NCBI GenBank assembly: GCA_965233865.1
Contig: OZ247587.1
Location: 1,376,001-1,440,000 of the forward strand
From: Candidatus Neptunichlamydia sp.
GTDB taxonomy: Bacteria; Chlamydiota; Chlamydiia; Chlamydiales; Simkaniaceae
Reading direction: 5' to 3'
Length of the DNA: 64,000 bases
This document shows positions 40,130-51,200 of the stretch, piece after piece. Position 1 is the first letter of the stretch, and each line of letters opens with the position of its first letter. The notes under the pieces were generated by a model. That model saw nothing but the letters and a program-made list of their open reading frames with translations. It searched no databases and was not told where the DNA came from. Position numbers and translations under genes: made by a program.

Positions 40130-40818
40130 AAAAATACTCTTGGCTGTTTGCAGCATTCGGCATTGCCTTTCTCACATCTAGCTGCCAAAGCAATTCCAAC
40201 ACAGTCTGGGAAGACACTAAAACCATGGGGCGTTACCTCCATCGAAAGGGACAATTGCTGTGGAAACAAGATGTTAATTCCAAAATGATTGAAACGGCTG
40301 ATGAATTTAACGGACCCCAGGAAGAAGAGTACATCCCTCTGAAAGACGAGGATCTCAGAAGACAATTTGCTGATATGAGCATTCCTCAGCCAAAGGAAGT
40401 GCCAGGAGCTATTGGAAGCTCTATTCCAAGTATCGATCAATTTGTGAAGCCTGCTTCCCACTTAGCCAGCCTATATCAAAACCTTTATTTCAATACCGAT
40501 GAACATGTCCTCCGCTCCAAAGAATATTACAAAAAAATCGCGAATATCGCTGAATACATGAAGAAAAACAACGATACATATATTTTTGTTTCTGGCCATT
40601 GCGATGAGAGAGCTTCTGAAGCATACAATTTAGCCCTTGGCACAAGACGTGCCAACACCATCAGAAATCTTCTTGTAAAGCACGGTGTCAATCCAAACCA
40701 CATTTACACTATATCCTTTGGAAAGGAAATGCCCAGTGACCTTGGTCACACACAAGAATCTTGGGCAAAAAATCGCCGCGTAGAATTTAAAATTTTTGAA
40801 AAAAAAGGCTCTAAATGA
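40126..40818 (+). CDS. pal: Peptidoglycan-associated lipoprotein
   Basis: Lipobox TSSC; GHCDERASEAYNLALGTRRA, SFGKE, KNRRVEF. Confidence 0.95.
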   Translation: MKKYSWLFAAFGIAFLTSSCQSNSNTVWEDTKTMGRYLHRKGQLLWKQDVNSKMIETADEFNGPQEEEYIPLKDEDLRRQFADMSIPQPKEVPGAIGSSIPSIDQFVKPASHLASLYQNLYFNTDEHVLRSKEYYKKIANIAEYMKKNNDTYIFVSGHCDERASEAYNLALGTRRANTIRNLLVKHGVNPNHIYTISFGKEMPSDLGHTQESWAKNRRVEFKIFEKKGSK

Positions 40819-41447
40819 AAAAACCCTTGCTCTTGCTTCCAGCTCTCATCTTTACAGGATGTGGTAGTATTGGATCGTCTAAAGGAGACAAACATCAAAT
40901 GGAGCTCAGTCTCCATAAAGTGCGAACCGAAGTGGAAGATGTCAAACACGACTTAAACACCTACGAAATTGAGCACCATGTCATTGAGGGAAAGCTGATT
41001 GATCAAGAGCAGACTATTGCCTCTTTAAGGCATCAAGTTGCTGAACTGAAATCAGGAAAACTCGATTCTTTTGTCCAAGAATTGCAAAACTTAGATAAGA
41101 AGATCCATCAGATTTCAAAAAAGCAGGATAAAGTTGCCACCGACATCCGGCAACTTAGCTCTCACGCTAATGACACAACGACCGCCTTAGCTCAATACAA
41201 AGATAAAATTGCTCAGTTTGAAAAGGCGATACAAGGACAAAACCTCCAGCTGAGTGAAATCCAAAAAATTAAAGATGGAATCACAAAACTTGCAGAAGCT
41301 GAGAGTGAAAAGTCTTATATCGTAAAATCTGGGGATTCACTCGAAAAAATTGCACGCGACCATCATACATCTGTAGAAAAAATCAAACAAATTAACGGAA
41401 TGATCTCTGATTTAATTGTTGTTGATCAACAGCTTTTCATTCCGTGA
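40815..41447 (+). CDS. Coiled-coil LysM lipoprotein
   Basis: Lipobox FTGC; C-terminal YIVKSGDSLEKIAR...QLFIP. Confidence 0.9.
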   Translation: MKKPLLLLPALIFTGCGSIGSSKGDKHQMELSLHKVRTEVEDVKHDLNTYEIEHHVIEGKLIDQEQTIASLRHQVAELKSGKLDSFVQELQNLDKKIHQISKKQDKVATDIRQLSSHANDTTTALAQYKDKIAQFEKAIQGQNLQLSEIQKIKDGITKLAEAESEKSYIVKSGDSLEKIARDHHTSVEKIKQINGMISDLIVVDQQLFIP

Positions 41448-41524
41448 TATAACGTAATAGTCGGTGTAGCTAATAATTCTTTGATTGACTATTCTTAGCC
41501 AAAACCACTTGATAAGGAACTCAT

Positions 41525-42235
41525 ATGGCACCAAAAAAAAGGATACTACTCATTGAAGATGAGGAAGATATCGCTGCGCTAATTAAGCTTCAAGCTGACC
41601 TCTCAGGATATAAACTCCACGTTGAAGTCGATGGAGTGAATGGATATCGAGCCGTTGAAAGGGAAAAACCCGATCTTGTTTTGGTTGACATCATGCTTCC
41701 TGGGCAGAATGGTTTCGATGTGTGCCGAAAAATTAAAAACAACTCAGATCTTAAAAATATCCCCGTGATCATTTTAAGTGCAAAGGGAGAAGAGATCGAT
41801 ATGATTTTAGGGCTCGAACTCGGAGCCGATGACTATGTCAGCAAACCCTTCTCTCCAAAAGTTCTATTTTCACGCATCAAAGCAATACTTAGGAGAGGAA
41901 AAGAGCCAGAAAAGGCGCCTAAACTCCTTTTATTTGGCGACTTTACACTCGATGTCTCCCGTTATCTTCTAAAGAAAAATGGGGAGCCTGTTACAATAAC
42001 CCTTTCAGAGTTTGGAATCTTAAAGCGGCTCCTCATTCAGCAGGGGAAAGTTCTGACGCGAAACCAGCTCCTTAATGATGTCCACAATGACGACGTATTC
42101 ATTGTCGACAGAAACATCGATGTCCATATTGCTTCACTAAGAAAAAAACTGGGCCCCAACTTTAATTGGGTCGAAACCGTTCGTGGAGTTGGATACCGCC
42201 TCCGAGAAAAACCTGTTCCAAGTCATAAGACTTAA
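41525..42235 (+). CDS. OmpR/PhoB-family response regulator
   Basis: IEDE, LVDIMLPG (phospho-Asp), GADDYVSKPF, IDVHIASLRKKL, TVRGVGY. Confidence 0.95.
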   Translation: MAPKKRILLIEDEEDIAALIKLQADLSGYKLHVEVDGVNGYRAVEREKPDLVLVDIMLPGQNGFDVCRKIKNNSDLKNIPVIILSAKGEEIDMILGLELGADDYVSKPFSPKVLFSRIKAILRRGKEPEKAPKLLLFGDFTLDVSRYLLKKNGEPVTITLSEFGILKRLLIQQGKVLTRNQLLNDVHNDDVFIVDRNIDVHIASLRKKLGPNFNWVETVRGVGYRLREKPVPSHKT

Positions 42236-43468
42236 GTGGCCATTGCACTACGTCGCTCCTTTCAGGCAATACTTTCGGTTCTGTTTCTTGACAACTTAGG
42301 GCTTACAATTGTCTATCCGATCTTTACTCCCCTTGTTCTGAAGCCCATTTACACCTTACTCCCAAGTGAGTACCTTCTTTCAACCCGCTTAATACTATTA
42401 GCCATTCTTATTGCTTCGTTTCCTTTTGCCCAATTTCTTTCTGGTCCTTTTATTGGCCACCTTGCAGATATCAAAGGAAGAAAATTTACCTTAACCCTTG
42501 CACTTATTGGAGAGGGAATAGGATTTCTCCTGACAGGAATAGCCATTCTTCAAATGAACTATCTGTTCCTTCTTTTTGGCCGGGTGTTCACGGGGTTTTT
42601 TGCTGGCAATATGACCATTTGTCTTTCTTCAATATCAGATATGCAGGAGGATAATCAAGGGCGCTCCAAAAACTCTGGAATTGTCTCCAGCGTTGTTGGA
42701 ATCAGCTTCGTTGTCGCAATTGTTATTGGAGGGACGCTGTCAAATGGTAATCTAAATGCATTTTTTAATTCAGCACTTCCCTTCTGGGCTTTAACCTTCT
42801 TTTCCATCATCAACATTATCATTATTCGCCTGCAATTCACCGAAACACATGTTTCTCCTCCAAAGGAAGAGCATTACTTTCGAAATCAACTAAGGGCTCT
42901 AACCTCACTTTTTAAGACAGAGCAACTTGGTTATCTTTACTCCTTATTCTTCTTTTTTATGTTGGGTTGGATCGTTTCTCTCCAATTCCTCTCTTCTTTT
43001 CTTATTGAGCATTTTATTGGGACCAAATTAGCCATCACATTGACTTTCATTGGAGTGGGCCTATCCTGGTGCATCGGAAATATGCTCATTAACAGCCTGA
43101 TTATCCGATACTTGAAAGTTAGAGTCATCTTGTTTTACACCTTGATCCTCTCTTGTATTTGTCTATTTATTGCCTCTGAGACTAACCATTTTCTTGTTTT
43201 TGTTCATTTCATCCTTTTTGGAGCTCTTTTTGCATCTCTTTTCTGGACAAACTGTTTAGCACTCATCACCAGTAAAGCTCCCCCCTATTTACAGGGTAAG
43301 CTCCTAGGATTTAACCAATCTATTGCAACAGTTTCCATGGCTTTCGCCCCTCTATTCGGAGGAATGGTAGGAGAGTTTGACATTCGAACTATTTATCTCT
43401 TTGCAAGCTTCTTGTTATTAATATCAACACTAATATTAATAATATATAATATTAAAAATCGCTTCTAA
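42236..43468 (+). CDS. MFS transporter (TetA/DHA1-like)
   Basis: About 12 TM; motif A GHLADIKGRK, GRVFTG. Confidence 0.9.
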   Translation: MAIALRRSFQAILSVLFLDNLGLTIVYPIFTPLVLKPIYTLLPSEYLLSTRLILLAILIASFPFAQFLSGPFIGHLADIKGRKFTLTLALIGEGIGFLLTGIAILQMNYLFLLFGRVFTGFFAGNMTICLSSISDMQEDNQGRSKNSGIVSSVVGISFVVAIVIGGTLSNGNLNAFFNSALPFWALTFFSIINIIIIRLQFTETHVSPPKEEHYFRNQLRALTSLFKTEQLGYLYSLFFFFMLGWIVSLQFLSSFLIEHFIGTKLAITLTFIGVGLSWCIGNMLINSLIIRYLKVRVILFYTLILSCICLFIASETNHFLVFVHFILFGALFASLFWTNCLALITSKAPPYLQGKLLGFNQSIATVSMAFAPLFGGMVGEFDIRTIYLFASFLLLISTLILIIYNIKNRF

Positions 43469-43573
43469 TTCTTTGTTAAATGTGATAATTGTCAGATTAG
43501 AAGGAGTTAAGTTTGATCGATTTAATCAATTGACCAAACGGGAACAACGCAATTATCTTAAGAAGAGGCCATT

Positions 43574-44017
43574 ATGAAATCAAAATCTTCAATTCTTATC
43601 CTTGCTGTAGGAGTCGCTCTAATTTCAGGGTGTGAATCAAATACAGGTACTGGCGTCCTTCTCGGAGGTGGAAGCGGAGCTCTTATTGGTGGCCTCGCTG
43701 GTGGTGGAACTGGAACTCTTATTGGAGCTGCAGCTGGTGTCGTTGCCGGGGGACTTGTTGGAGCATATCTTGATAACAAAGAGCAAAAAAACCTTAAAGA
43801 GCAAAGCCCACAGACCTACAGACGTGTTGATAATGGAGGAAAGCTCAGCGTTAATGACGTAATCAACCTATCGAAAGCTGATATTGATGACGATAAGGTT
43901 ATTGGGCTCATTCAGAAAACGAATAGTCACTATACTCTCAACAGTTATCAGATCGATAAGCTAAGAGATGCTGGTGTTTCTGAACACGTTATTAATTACA
44001 TGATGTACAACACCTAA
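43574..44017 (+). CDS. Glycine-zipper lipoprotein
   Basis: Lipobox ISGC; GVLLGGGSGALIGGLAGG..GAAAGVVAGGLVG. Confidence 0.88.
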   Translation: MKSKSSILILAVGVALISGCESNTGTGVLLGGGSGALIGGLAGGGTGTLIGAAAGVVAGGLVGAYLDNKEQKNLKEQSPQTYRRVDNGGKLSVNDVINLSKADIDDDKVIGLIQKTNSHYTLNSYQIDKLRDAGVSEHVINYMMYNT

Positions 44018-44154
44018 AAAACCTATCGAAGAGTACCTTTGGCGCTCTTTCAATTTGAAAAAGTTACGTGGGTGTTAGAGATAGTACTTGAACTAAATAC
44101 AGAAAGTTGGGATAAGTACATTCTGAGACTTTCTTCAGCTTTTGGCACACATAT

Positions 44155-45165
44155 ATGAGCGTTAATGAGATAAAGAGTGACACCTTTTGGCGGTTTAACC
44201 ATGAAGGATTCCACAAGAATGTGGAATCTAACTGTTCGACAGGCATCAAGCAATTTAAGAAAATTGTTCGCTCCTATGTCTTCTTTCATTTATTCTTTTT
44301 AGGATTACTTACAGCCGAAGTCATTGCCTTTTTCTTCTTCTTAACACTGCTGTTTCAAACCTCTCTCATTGCTTTTTCTCTTGCAGCAATCCTACTTACC
44401 GGCTTTGCCTATCTTATTCTCCTTTTCTATTTTCAGACAAAAAAACCTGAACAATTTCTGGAGCTAAGAAACTTTTTTATGCTCCTTTGCAAAAAGGGCC
44501 TTCCTAAAAACATTCTCTGCTCTGAATATCATCTCTCTCTAGCAAATGCTGCCTACCGCTTTGCCGCCCACCTTAGTAAGAATGAAATGATTTTCCACCC
44601 TTTGCCTGAAAAAATAAGCTCTTTTAACCAGGTGATGCGAAAAGTTACCCACCTCTGTCACAAAAATGATATCAAACGGATGAAAGAGGTTCTCTATCTT
44701 GTTTCGATTAGCGAACATATTCAACTCATAAAAAATGTACCAACGAATCTTGAAGCACATGCCTCACTCGCTAATGCTTACGTGGCACTTTCACGCCTTT
44801 ATAAGGCCCAGGGCACTTCCAAAGAAAAGTTTGAAGTTGCTGCTGAAAAAGCGATTCAAGAGTTTAAAATTATCGACCATTATTCCCCAGAAGACCCCTG
44901 GGTACATGCTCAGCTAGCTTCCTGCTACCACGACTTAAGAATGCATAAGGAAGAAATTACCGAGTACGAAACTATTTTGAAACTTTGTCCTGAAGACAAA
45001 CAAATCCTTTTTCGCCTTGGCATCCTTTGCTTTCAGCAGGGAGAAAATGCTCGCGGTCTCCAAATCTATGAACAACTAAAAGAGATGCAGTTCTCGCGCG
45101 TAGACGAACTCATCGACTTTTACGACGCCAACATCAAGCAAGAATATTTCATTAGCTCTCTTTAG
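44155..45165 (+). CDS. Membrane-anchored TPR protein
   Basis: Two TM helices then TPR-like units (PTNLEAHASLANAY, PEDPWVHAQLA, PEDKQILFRLG). Confidence 0.8.
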   Translation: MSVNEIKSDTFWRFNHEGFHKNVESNCSTGIKQFKKIVRSYVFFHLFFLGLLTAEVIAFFFFLTLLFQTSLIAFSLAAILLTGFAYLILLFYFQTKKPEQFLELRNFFMLLCKKGLPKNILCSEYHLSLANAAYRFAAHLSKNEMIFHPLPEKISSFNQVMRKVTHLCHKNDIKRMKEVLYLVSISEHIQLIKNVPTNLEAHASLANAYVALSRLYKAQGTSKEKFEVAAEKAIQEFKIIDHYSPEDPWVHAQLASCYHDLRMHKEEITEYETILKLCPEDKQILFRLGILCFQQGENARGLQIYEQLKEMQFSRVDELIDFYDANIKQEYFISSL

Positions 45166-45251
45166 ATGAACTTAAACCACTATAATACAGTGAATAGATC
45201 TCACTTTGGGGTAATAGGTTAGAAGACTTACACCATACCAAAACGAAGTGT

Positions 45252-45279
45252 TTGATAAATATCTGACGGTGAGTATAAT
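45252..45279 (+). promoter_or_regulatory. Putative promoter (TTGATA-N16-TATAAT) for TPR-vWA-rsmD genes
   Basis: Consensus -10, near-consensus -35. Confidence 0.5.
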
Positions 45280-45357
45280 CAAAAAATACTTCGATAGGAA
45301 ATCGCCTTTCCTTTATGGGTAGGACTTGCGCAACATAATTGATAGGGACAAACGGAT

Positions 45358-48195
45358 ATGTTTAAATCTAAATATCGTAATTGCTTCATTCTCGGTATAT
45401 CATTATTCAGCCTCATCGCTATGCAGGCTACAGCTAAAGAATCTGTTAAACCAACGCAAGTTCAATCGGATGAAGAAGCATTTCTAATCCGCCGCATTGC
45501 AGAGTTTTGGAAAGATGGTGACTTTGCAATTGTAAAGATACAAATCATCGACTTTTTGGATCACTATCCAAATAGTGATCTTTCCGAATACTTTCTGGGA
45601 ATCTTAGGAGATATCTATCTCCAGGAAAACCAATATGAACGTGCCCTTTCGAAGTATCAGCTGGTGCTAGATAAGGAAATCAGAGAAAAAATCCTGATCA
45701 ACAAATTGCAATGCTATTACGAACTTGATCAATACGGAGAACTGGCAGAAGATGGTCGTCCCTTTCTATCTAGCCAAGTTCCTGAAATTGTAGATCGAAA
45801 AGATGAGCTCTATTTTTTAATGGGTGAAGCGCTCTTTAGACAAGCTCTAAAAGAGGATGAAAGTTCTTATAAACAAGAGCTGGCAAGTGAAGCTCGTGGA
45901 CATTATGAATGTCTTCCACAAGGACAATATGGAAAAATTTCAGAGTTTGCCCTTGCCGAAATTGCTGCAATCCTTGGAGATTATGAAAAGGGAGCAGAAG
46001 CTTATCGAGCCCTCGCAGAAAAACATCCTGAAATGGCTGAAGATCTTCTCTTCCAAGTCGCCTCTTTGGAAGCACATTACAACAAATTAGGTGCTGCTGA
46101 AACCTTCCGAAAAGTAAAAAACATTGAAGGAAAGAGAAAGCATGAGGCTACCTTTAACCTCATGGTTATCTTATTTCAAAATGCAGAGTACGAAGAAATT
46201 CTTTCTACATACAGAGAAGTGGCGCCAAGTGTCCCAGAACTATTCCAACCTACCTTCAATTTTATTGTTGGAAAAAGTTTTTTCTCATCAGGAGATTTCC
46301 AGAATGCTGCAAAGCCTCTTCAGGAGTACATCAATTCGACCTTTATCCCTTCTGATCAGCTGAAAAACGCCCTTCTGATTCAAATGACCTGCGCTCACCA
46401 AACAAACAATGAATCGCTTTTTAGTGACTCTTTTGAAAAGCTTGACACGTTATTTCCAAATGACCAAGAGATTCCTAAAGCTCTATTTATGCATGCAATG
46501 ATTCTAAAAGAACAAGGCGCCATTAGCCAAGCTGATGAAAAACTAAAAATGATTAAAGATAATTATCCAGCCTTTGAAGACCAGGAAATTTTTGTCTTCG
46601 AGTATGGCCTTTTCGCTCACCAAAATCAGCGATGGAAAGAAAGTTATGAATCTTTCAAAAACTATATTTCAATATATGATGAGAGTTCTCGCGTCAATGC
46701 TGCTTGGAAACTTTATCTATCTTCTGCAATCAACCTCTATAAGCATGGTGGAGAAAATGTCCATTACACCAAGTCTCAATTTTTTACAGACTTACAAGCT
46801 GTCCTAAATCACTCAGATTACTTAAGTGATAAGGAAATAATAGATTATGCTCTTCTTTATGCAAAGACTGCTTATGAGCTCGACTATTACGCTGACGCAC
46901 TTTGTTGCCTGCAAGACCACATTTTTACTAAACTGGAAGAAAACGAAAACACCTCATCACTTGCAGAGGCTCACTTCATTGCGGGGCTCTGCCACGCTGA
47001 AATTCAGTCAGATCATTCGGCCTTCTGCATGCATTTAGAGCAAGCAATGGCTCTTAATCCAGATCTTTACGACTCAGGACCTACGCATTTGCAGCTTTAT
47101 AATGCTTACATTTCTCTTGCAGGTTATGGAGAGATGAGCGGTATCCCGTCAGATGGACAACAACAAAAAAAAATTGTTGACTATGCAGCAGAACATCTTC
47201 AGGAAGCTGTCTCTAAAGGTGGAATTACAATCAAAGACGAAAACCGCCTTTGGTTAGCAAACTATTATTATCAAAAAATACAGGAATGCAACGCGAGTGA
47301 CATTGACAATCATCCTGAAGTAACAAATGCGATTGACCGCGCCTCTAACCATTATCAAAAACTATTGATGAAAGGCGGACACCTAGTTGAGATGACTGCT
47401 GACAACCTCCATCTAGAATATGAAGTGGTCAAGCTTTCTAAGCTGCTTGAATATCAAAATTTTCAAACACAAAAACTTGTGCTTATCAAAGCCCTTTTGC
47501 AACAGCAAAGTGAGAAGCCTGAACTAAACTGGTCATCTCAAAAAGATGCCCTTTATGAGCTTGCAACTGTCTACTATACTTTGGGAGAAAAAGAAAAGGC
47601 TTTTGAAACATACAGTTTCATTCATTCACAGGCCCACCATTTTCCTTCTTCGCTTGCAAGTAATGCGGCGTTAGAAGCTGCTCGACTTCACTTTGACCTC
47701 CTTGAAGACGGGCTTCGAAGTGAAACGAATGAAGAGGTTCTTGGAATATTAAATGACTTGAAAGAACTTCAGATCCGTAAGAATGCCTTTTCAGAGCCTA
47801 CGCATTTAGAAGCTGCTCTTGAGTATGCAAAAATCCGTTCTGTCATCTCCAATCCTGAAGAACAAGATTCACGTTATTTCTTCTTTTTAAGCCGCATTCA
47901 GGACGACTTTAACTCGCAAGAAGATCTTGTTACACAGGATTATTTAGTCAATCTGAATCAAAACTCCAAGAAAAAACTGATTTTTGATGCATACATGAAG
48001 TTTATCGATGCTGAAAAATTTCGCCTTGAAGCAAAAAAGCATTATAAGAATGAAAGGCATGGTGAAATGGAAGAGCTCCATGAAGATGCATTAACACTCT
48101 ATAGCGAACTAAAAAACGACTCCAATACACCTAGGGATCTCTATGATAGGACGCTAAGTAGTATTCATGAGATCAATGCATTAGTTGCATATTAA
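45358..48195 (+). CDS. Large exported TPR protein
   Basis: Signal peptide; TPR-like units (FLDHYPNS, LGDIYLQENQYERAL, YFLMGEALF, IKDNYP). Confidence 0.8.
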   Translation: MFKSKYRNCFILGISLFSLIAMQATAKESVKPTQVQSDEEAFLIRRIAEFWKDGDFAIVKIQIIDFLDHYPNSDLSEYFLGILGDIYLQENQYERALSKYQLVLDKEIREKILINKLQCYYELDQYGELAEDGRPFLSSQVPEIVDRKDELYFLMGEALFRQALKEDESSYKQELASEARGHYECLPQGQYGKISEFALAEIAAILGDYEKGAEAYRALAEKHPEMAEDLLFQVASLEAHYNKLGAAETFRKVKNIEGKRKHEATFNLMVILFQNAEYEEILSTYREVAPSVPELFQPTFNFIVGKSFFSSGDFQNAAKPLQEYINSTFIPSDQLKNALLIQMTCAHQTNNESLFSDSFEKLDTLFPNDQEIPKALFMHAMILKEQGAISQADEKLKMIKDNYPAFEDQEIFVFEYGLFAHQNQRWKESYESFKNYISIYDESSRVNAAWKLYLSSAINLYKHGGENVHYTKSQFFTDLQAVLNHSDYLSDKEIIDYALLYAKTAYELDYYADALCCLQDHIFTKLEENENTSSLAEAHFIAGLCHAEIQSDHSAFCMHLEQAMALNPDLYDSGPTHLQLYNAYISLAGYGEMSGIPSDGQQQKKIVDYAAEHLQEAVSKGGITIKDENRLWLANYYYQKIQECNASDIDNHPEVTNAIDRASNHYQKLLMKGGHLVEMTADNLHLEYEVVKLSKLLEYQNFQTQKLVLIKALLQQQSEKPELNWSSQKDALYELATVYYTLGEKEKAFETYSFIHSQAHHFPSSLASNAALEAARLHFDLLEDGLRSETNEEVLGILNDLKELQIRKNAFSEPTHLEAALEYAKIRSVISNPEEQDSRYFFFLSRIQDDFNSQEDLVTQDYLVNLNQNSKKKLIFDAYMKFIDAEKFRLEAKKHYKNERHGEMEELHEDALTLYSELKNDSNTPRDLYDRTLSSIHEINALVAY

Positions 48196-48216
48196 TCATA
48201 TTAGAAGAGACAAATC

Positions 48217-51200
48217 ATGGGAAAGTATTCCTCCTCTTCAGCTCAAAGCAAGTCTCTTTTCTTTCTCTCTCTTGTGGCATCGCTTACACTACATGCGGGA
48301 GGAGTCTATTTTTTGTTGCGGCATCCCCCCTCTTTTTTAACAGCAAGAGAGCTTCCAACCGCTGAGCACCTCATGAAGAAAGAAGGCATCATAGATCATG
48401 CAGCCCATGAAGCCTTCCAAAATCTCGTTATTCGAGAGGATCAGGATAGTCAACTTCCTTCTCCAAGAAGTGCTCCGAGCCTCGAGTCAGGAAAAATCCC
48501 TTTTATCGTGACAGAGCTAGACATTTCCTTAACCTACCCTGAAAAGAAACAAGAAAAACTAAACCTTGATATTACTGCCTATGCTCCTCAATTGTTTGAA
48601 AATCCTTGGATTACCTCCAAAAGCTCTCCTTTCCGAGATACAAAAGAAGTTACCTTTAATTACGTGATTGCCAAAAACTCTTCAGAAGAGTTAGCACTAA
48701 CCCCCTATATCGAGGGAAAAAAAACTGATGAAAATTTAAGTCCGCCTTTTACCGAAGAAAAAGAGGAAAAAAGGAATTTTCTTTCAGAAAATCTATCTTT
48801 AAATCACCAAGAAGAAAAGTACCCTTCTACAGTCCCTTTTGCCTTTGATCATCCAAAGGAATCTTCAAAGCTAATTGACCGAAACATTCTTCTTAAAAAA
48901 CATTCGACAGATGTACCCCTCTCTTTAAAACATCCCAAAACACAACTTCAATCCTCTCAACGTAAGCAGGAGAGAAATACAGAACTTGCTAGAATACCCC
49001 CGAGGGTAGAGGAAAATCAGAAGTTCATCTTTGATACAGAAAGTTATTCCTATTATTTTGACTACAAGTCAGAAACACCTATCTATCCTTTTCTTCTTAA
49101 GGAAGCGATCGAGGAAAAGTTTATCGCGTCTTCCTTAGCTCATAAGAAATGGACCGGTGTGGGTGATCCTTCTTTTACAATCCACACATTCAGCTCACTT
49201 AGTTGGGCTGATGTCAGCCAACTAAATGAAAAAAGAGCTGAGATAGTGTGGACTCCGTCCCAAGAAGGGTTTAATGGTGAGTGGTCATTTCAGATCACTC
49301 CGCCTACAGTTGATATCTCTGCATCATCCATGATTCCTGAATTCAAAGAACTGCAGATGAGTGTTGCTACTGAGGAAAGAAGGATCTACTGTGCTCCAAA
49401 AACTCCACTATCTAATCAAAAACTTGCTCAACAAAAATTTACCCCCAAACCCTATCTTGATATATGGAAGACTGAAGAAGAACGCTTAGAAGTTGTTTAT
49501 GTTCCTGAAAAAGAAGGTGTTTATCCAGATCCAACAAGGTATTCTCTTCCAAATGGTCCAACAATTACGGTTGAACTCGGGAATACTGTTTTTTGCTTCA
49601 CACTAACCCCCTCATTTGACCTTTTCATATCCGAAGATGGAATCACACCTCCCAAAAAGATGCAAAAGTTCGTTGCTAGCAACCTTGAAGTTGAACACCA
49701 CTATTTTCCAAGTGAACCCTTTGAATCCCTTGCAAGTGCCCGGCCCTCTCCTCAGCTTGAATCCTCCACAGCACCTACGTTTAAAGAAGATAGCTTTACT
49801 CTACAATCTCCCTATGAACTCTCACCTTCTACCTTTTACTTTCCCAAAGAAGAACTTAAAGAAGAACTTCCAATAGTTGCTGGTAAGATGATTTTTCCAG
49901 AGGGGAAAACTAGCCCTTCAAGGATGAATTTTGAATTACAAGCTCACCTTTCTACTCATCTGCTCCCTGAGGACCGAAGAGATACTCAACAGCCTTCTAT
50001 TGAACATGTTGTTCCCTCTCTATCTGAGAAATCTATCGCTCTTGATTCCAACAAATACCCTCCTTCTAGCCCCCTAGATCTAAAGATAGACCAACCCCTT
50101 GCTCTCCAACTTCAAGAGAAAAAATCTGCCTTTGAAAAGCAGATAGAAAAAGAGCTTACAAGCATTAATTTGAAAAGCCTTTCCTTACCCAATATCAAGG
50201 ATAAGCGTGTCACTCCTCATCTAAGCTCGAAGCAGATTGCTCCAAGGAAGCATCCTACAACGCCTCAAAAGGCATTTGAAGATTTGCCAGTGCAAAGTAC
50301 CATTGCCGACCTCGCTAGTAGAGATATAAAATATCCTAATAGAAAAAAACTCATTGAAAATGATTATGCGCCCTCCAAAATACCCTCCGATGTTTCAATT
50401 ACCTCAGCCTCTATCGAAAAACCAGACATAGACATGATCCACTCTCAAGCAAAAGAGATATTGGAAGATTACAATCAAGAAAATGGCGTTCCTTCAGATG
50501 GCATTGCCTTGGCAGAACCTGAAATTCAAGGAAGTGTTAGCGAGACCGAAGTCCGATCCTTGAATCAGTCCAATCGCTTTACTCAAAATTTCTTAACAGA
50601 AATCCCCCATCCCTCCTATTTAGAAACTGTAACATACAGGGAAGAGTTTGATACTCAGGTTCATTACTCAAGAAGAGAAGATGGAAAGGGCTACCTCTTT
50701 GCTATAAAAATGAAGGCAAAACCTTCTCTTCATTTTCCCTCACCTCATCAAAACTTCATCTTTGTTATTGATGGATCCAGCAGCATAAAGAAGCACCGTT
50801 TTGGTGTTTTTAAAGAGGGTGTCAGCCGCTCACTTGGATACTTAAAGGAAGGCGACTCTTTTAATATCCTTGTTGCCGATGCAGAATTAATTCCATTTAG
50901 TAAAACTTCTGTAGCATGGAACCACCAGAGCAGAGAACAAGCAAACCACTTTTTATATGATCGAACATACCGCGGATTTTTCATCAATTATGATTCATTT
51001 GATCTGCTATCAAGCGTCACCAAATATCTTGATCCAGAAAAAGAAAATGTCATTGTCATGATTACTGACGGGCATTCGTTTCAAAATTTTAAAGCCCATA
51101 AGGAAGATTTCCAAAAGCTTGCACAAGCAAGTAAAGGCCGCTTCTCTGTGCACACCGCAACCGCAAGTAGTGACAACAACCTCACAATGCTCGACCTCCT

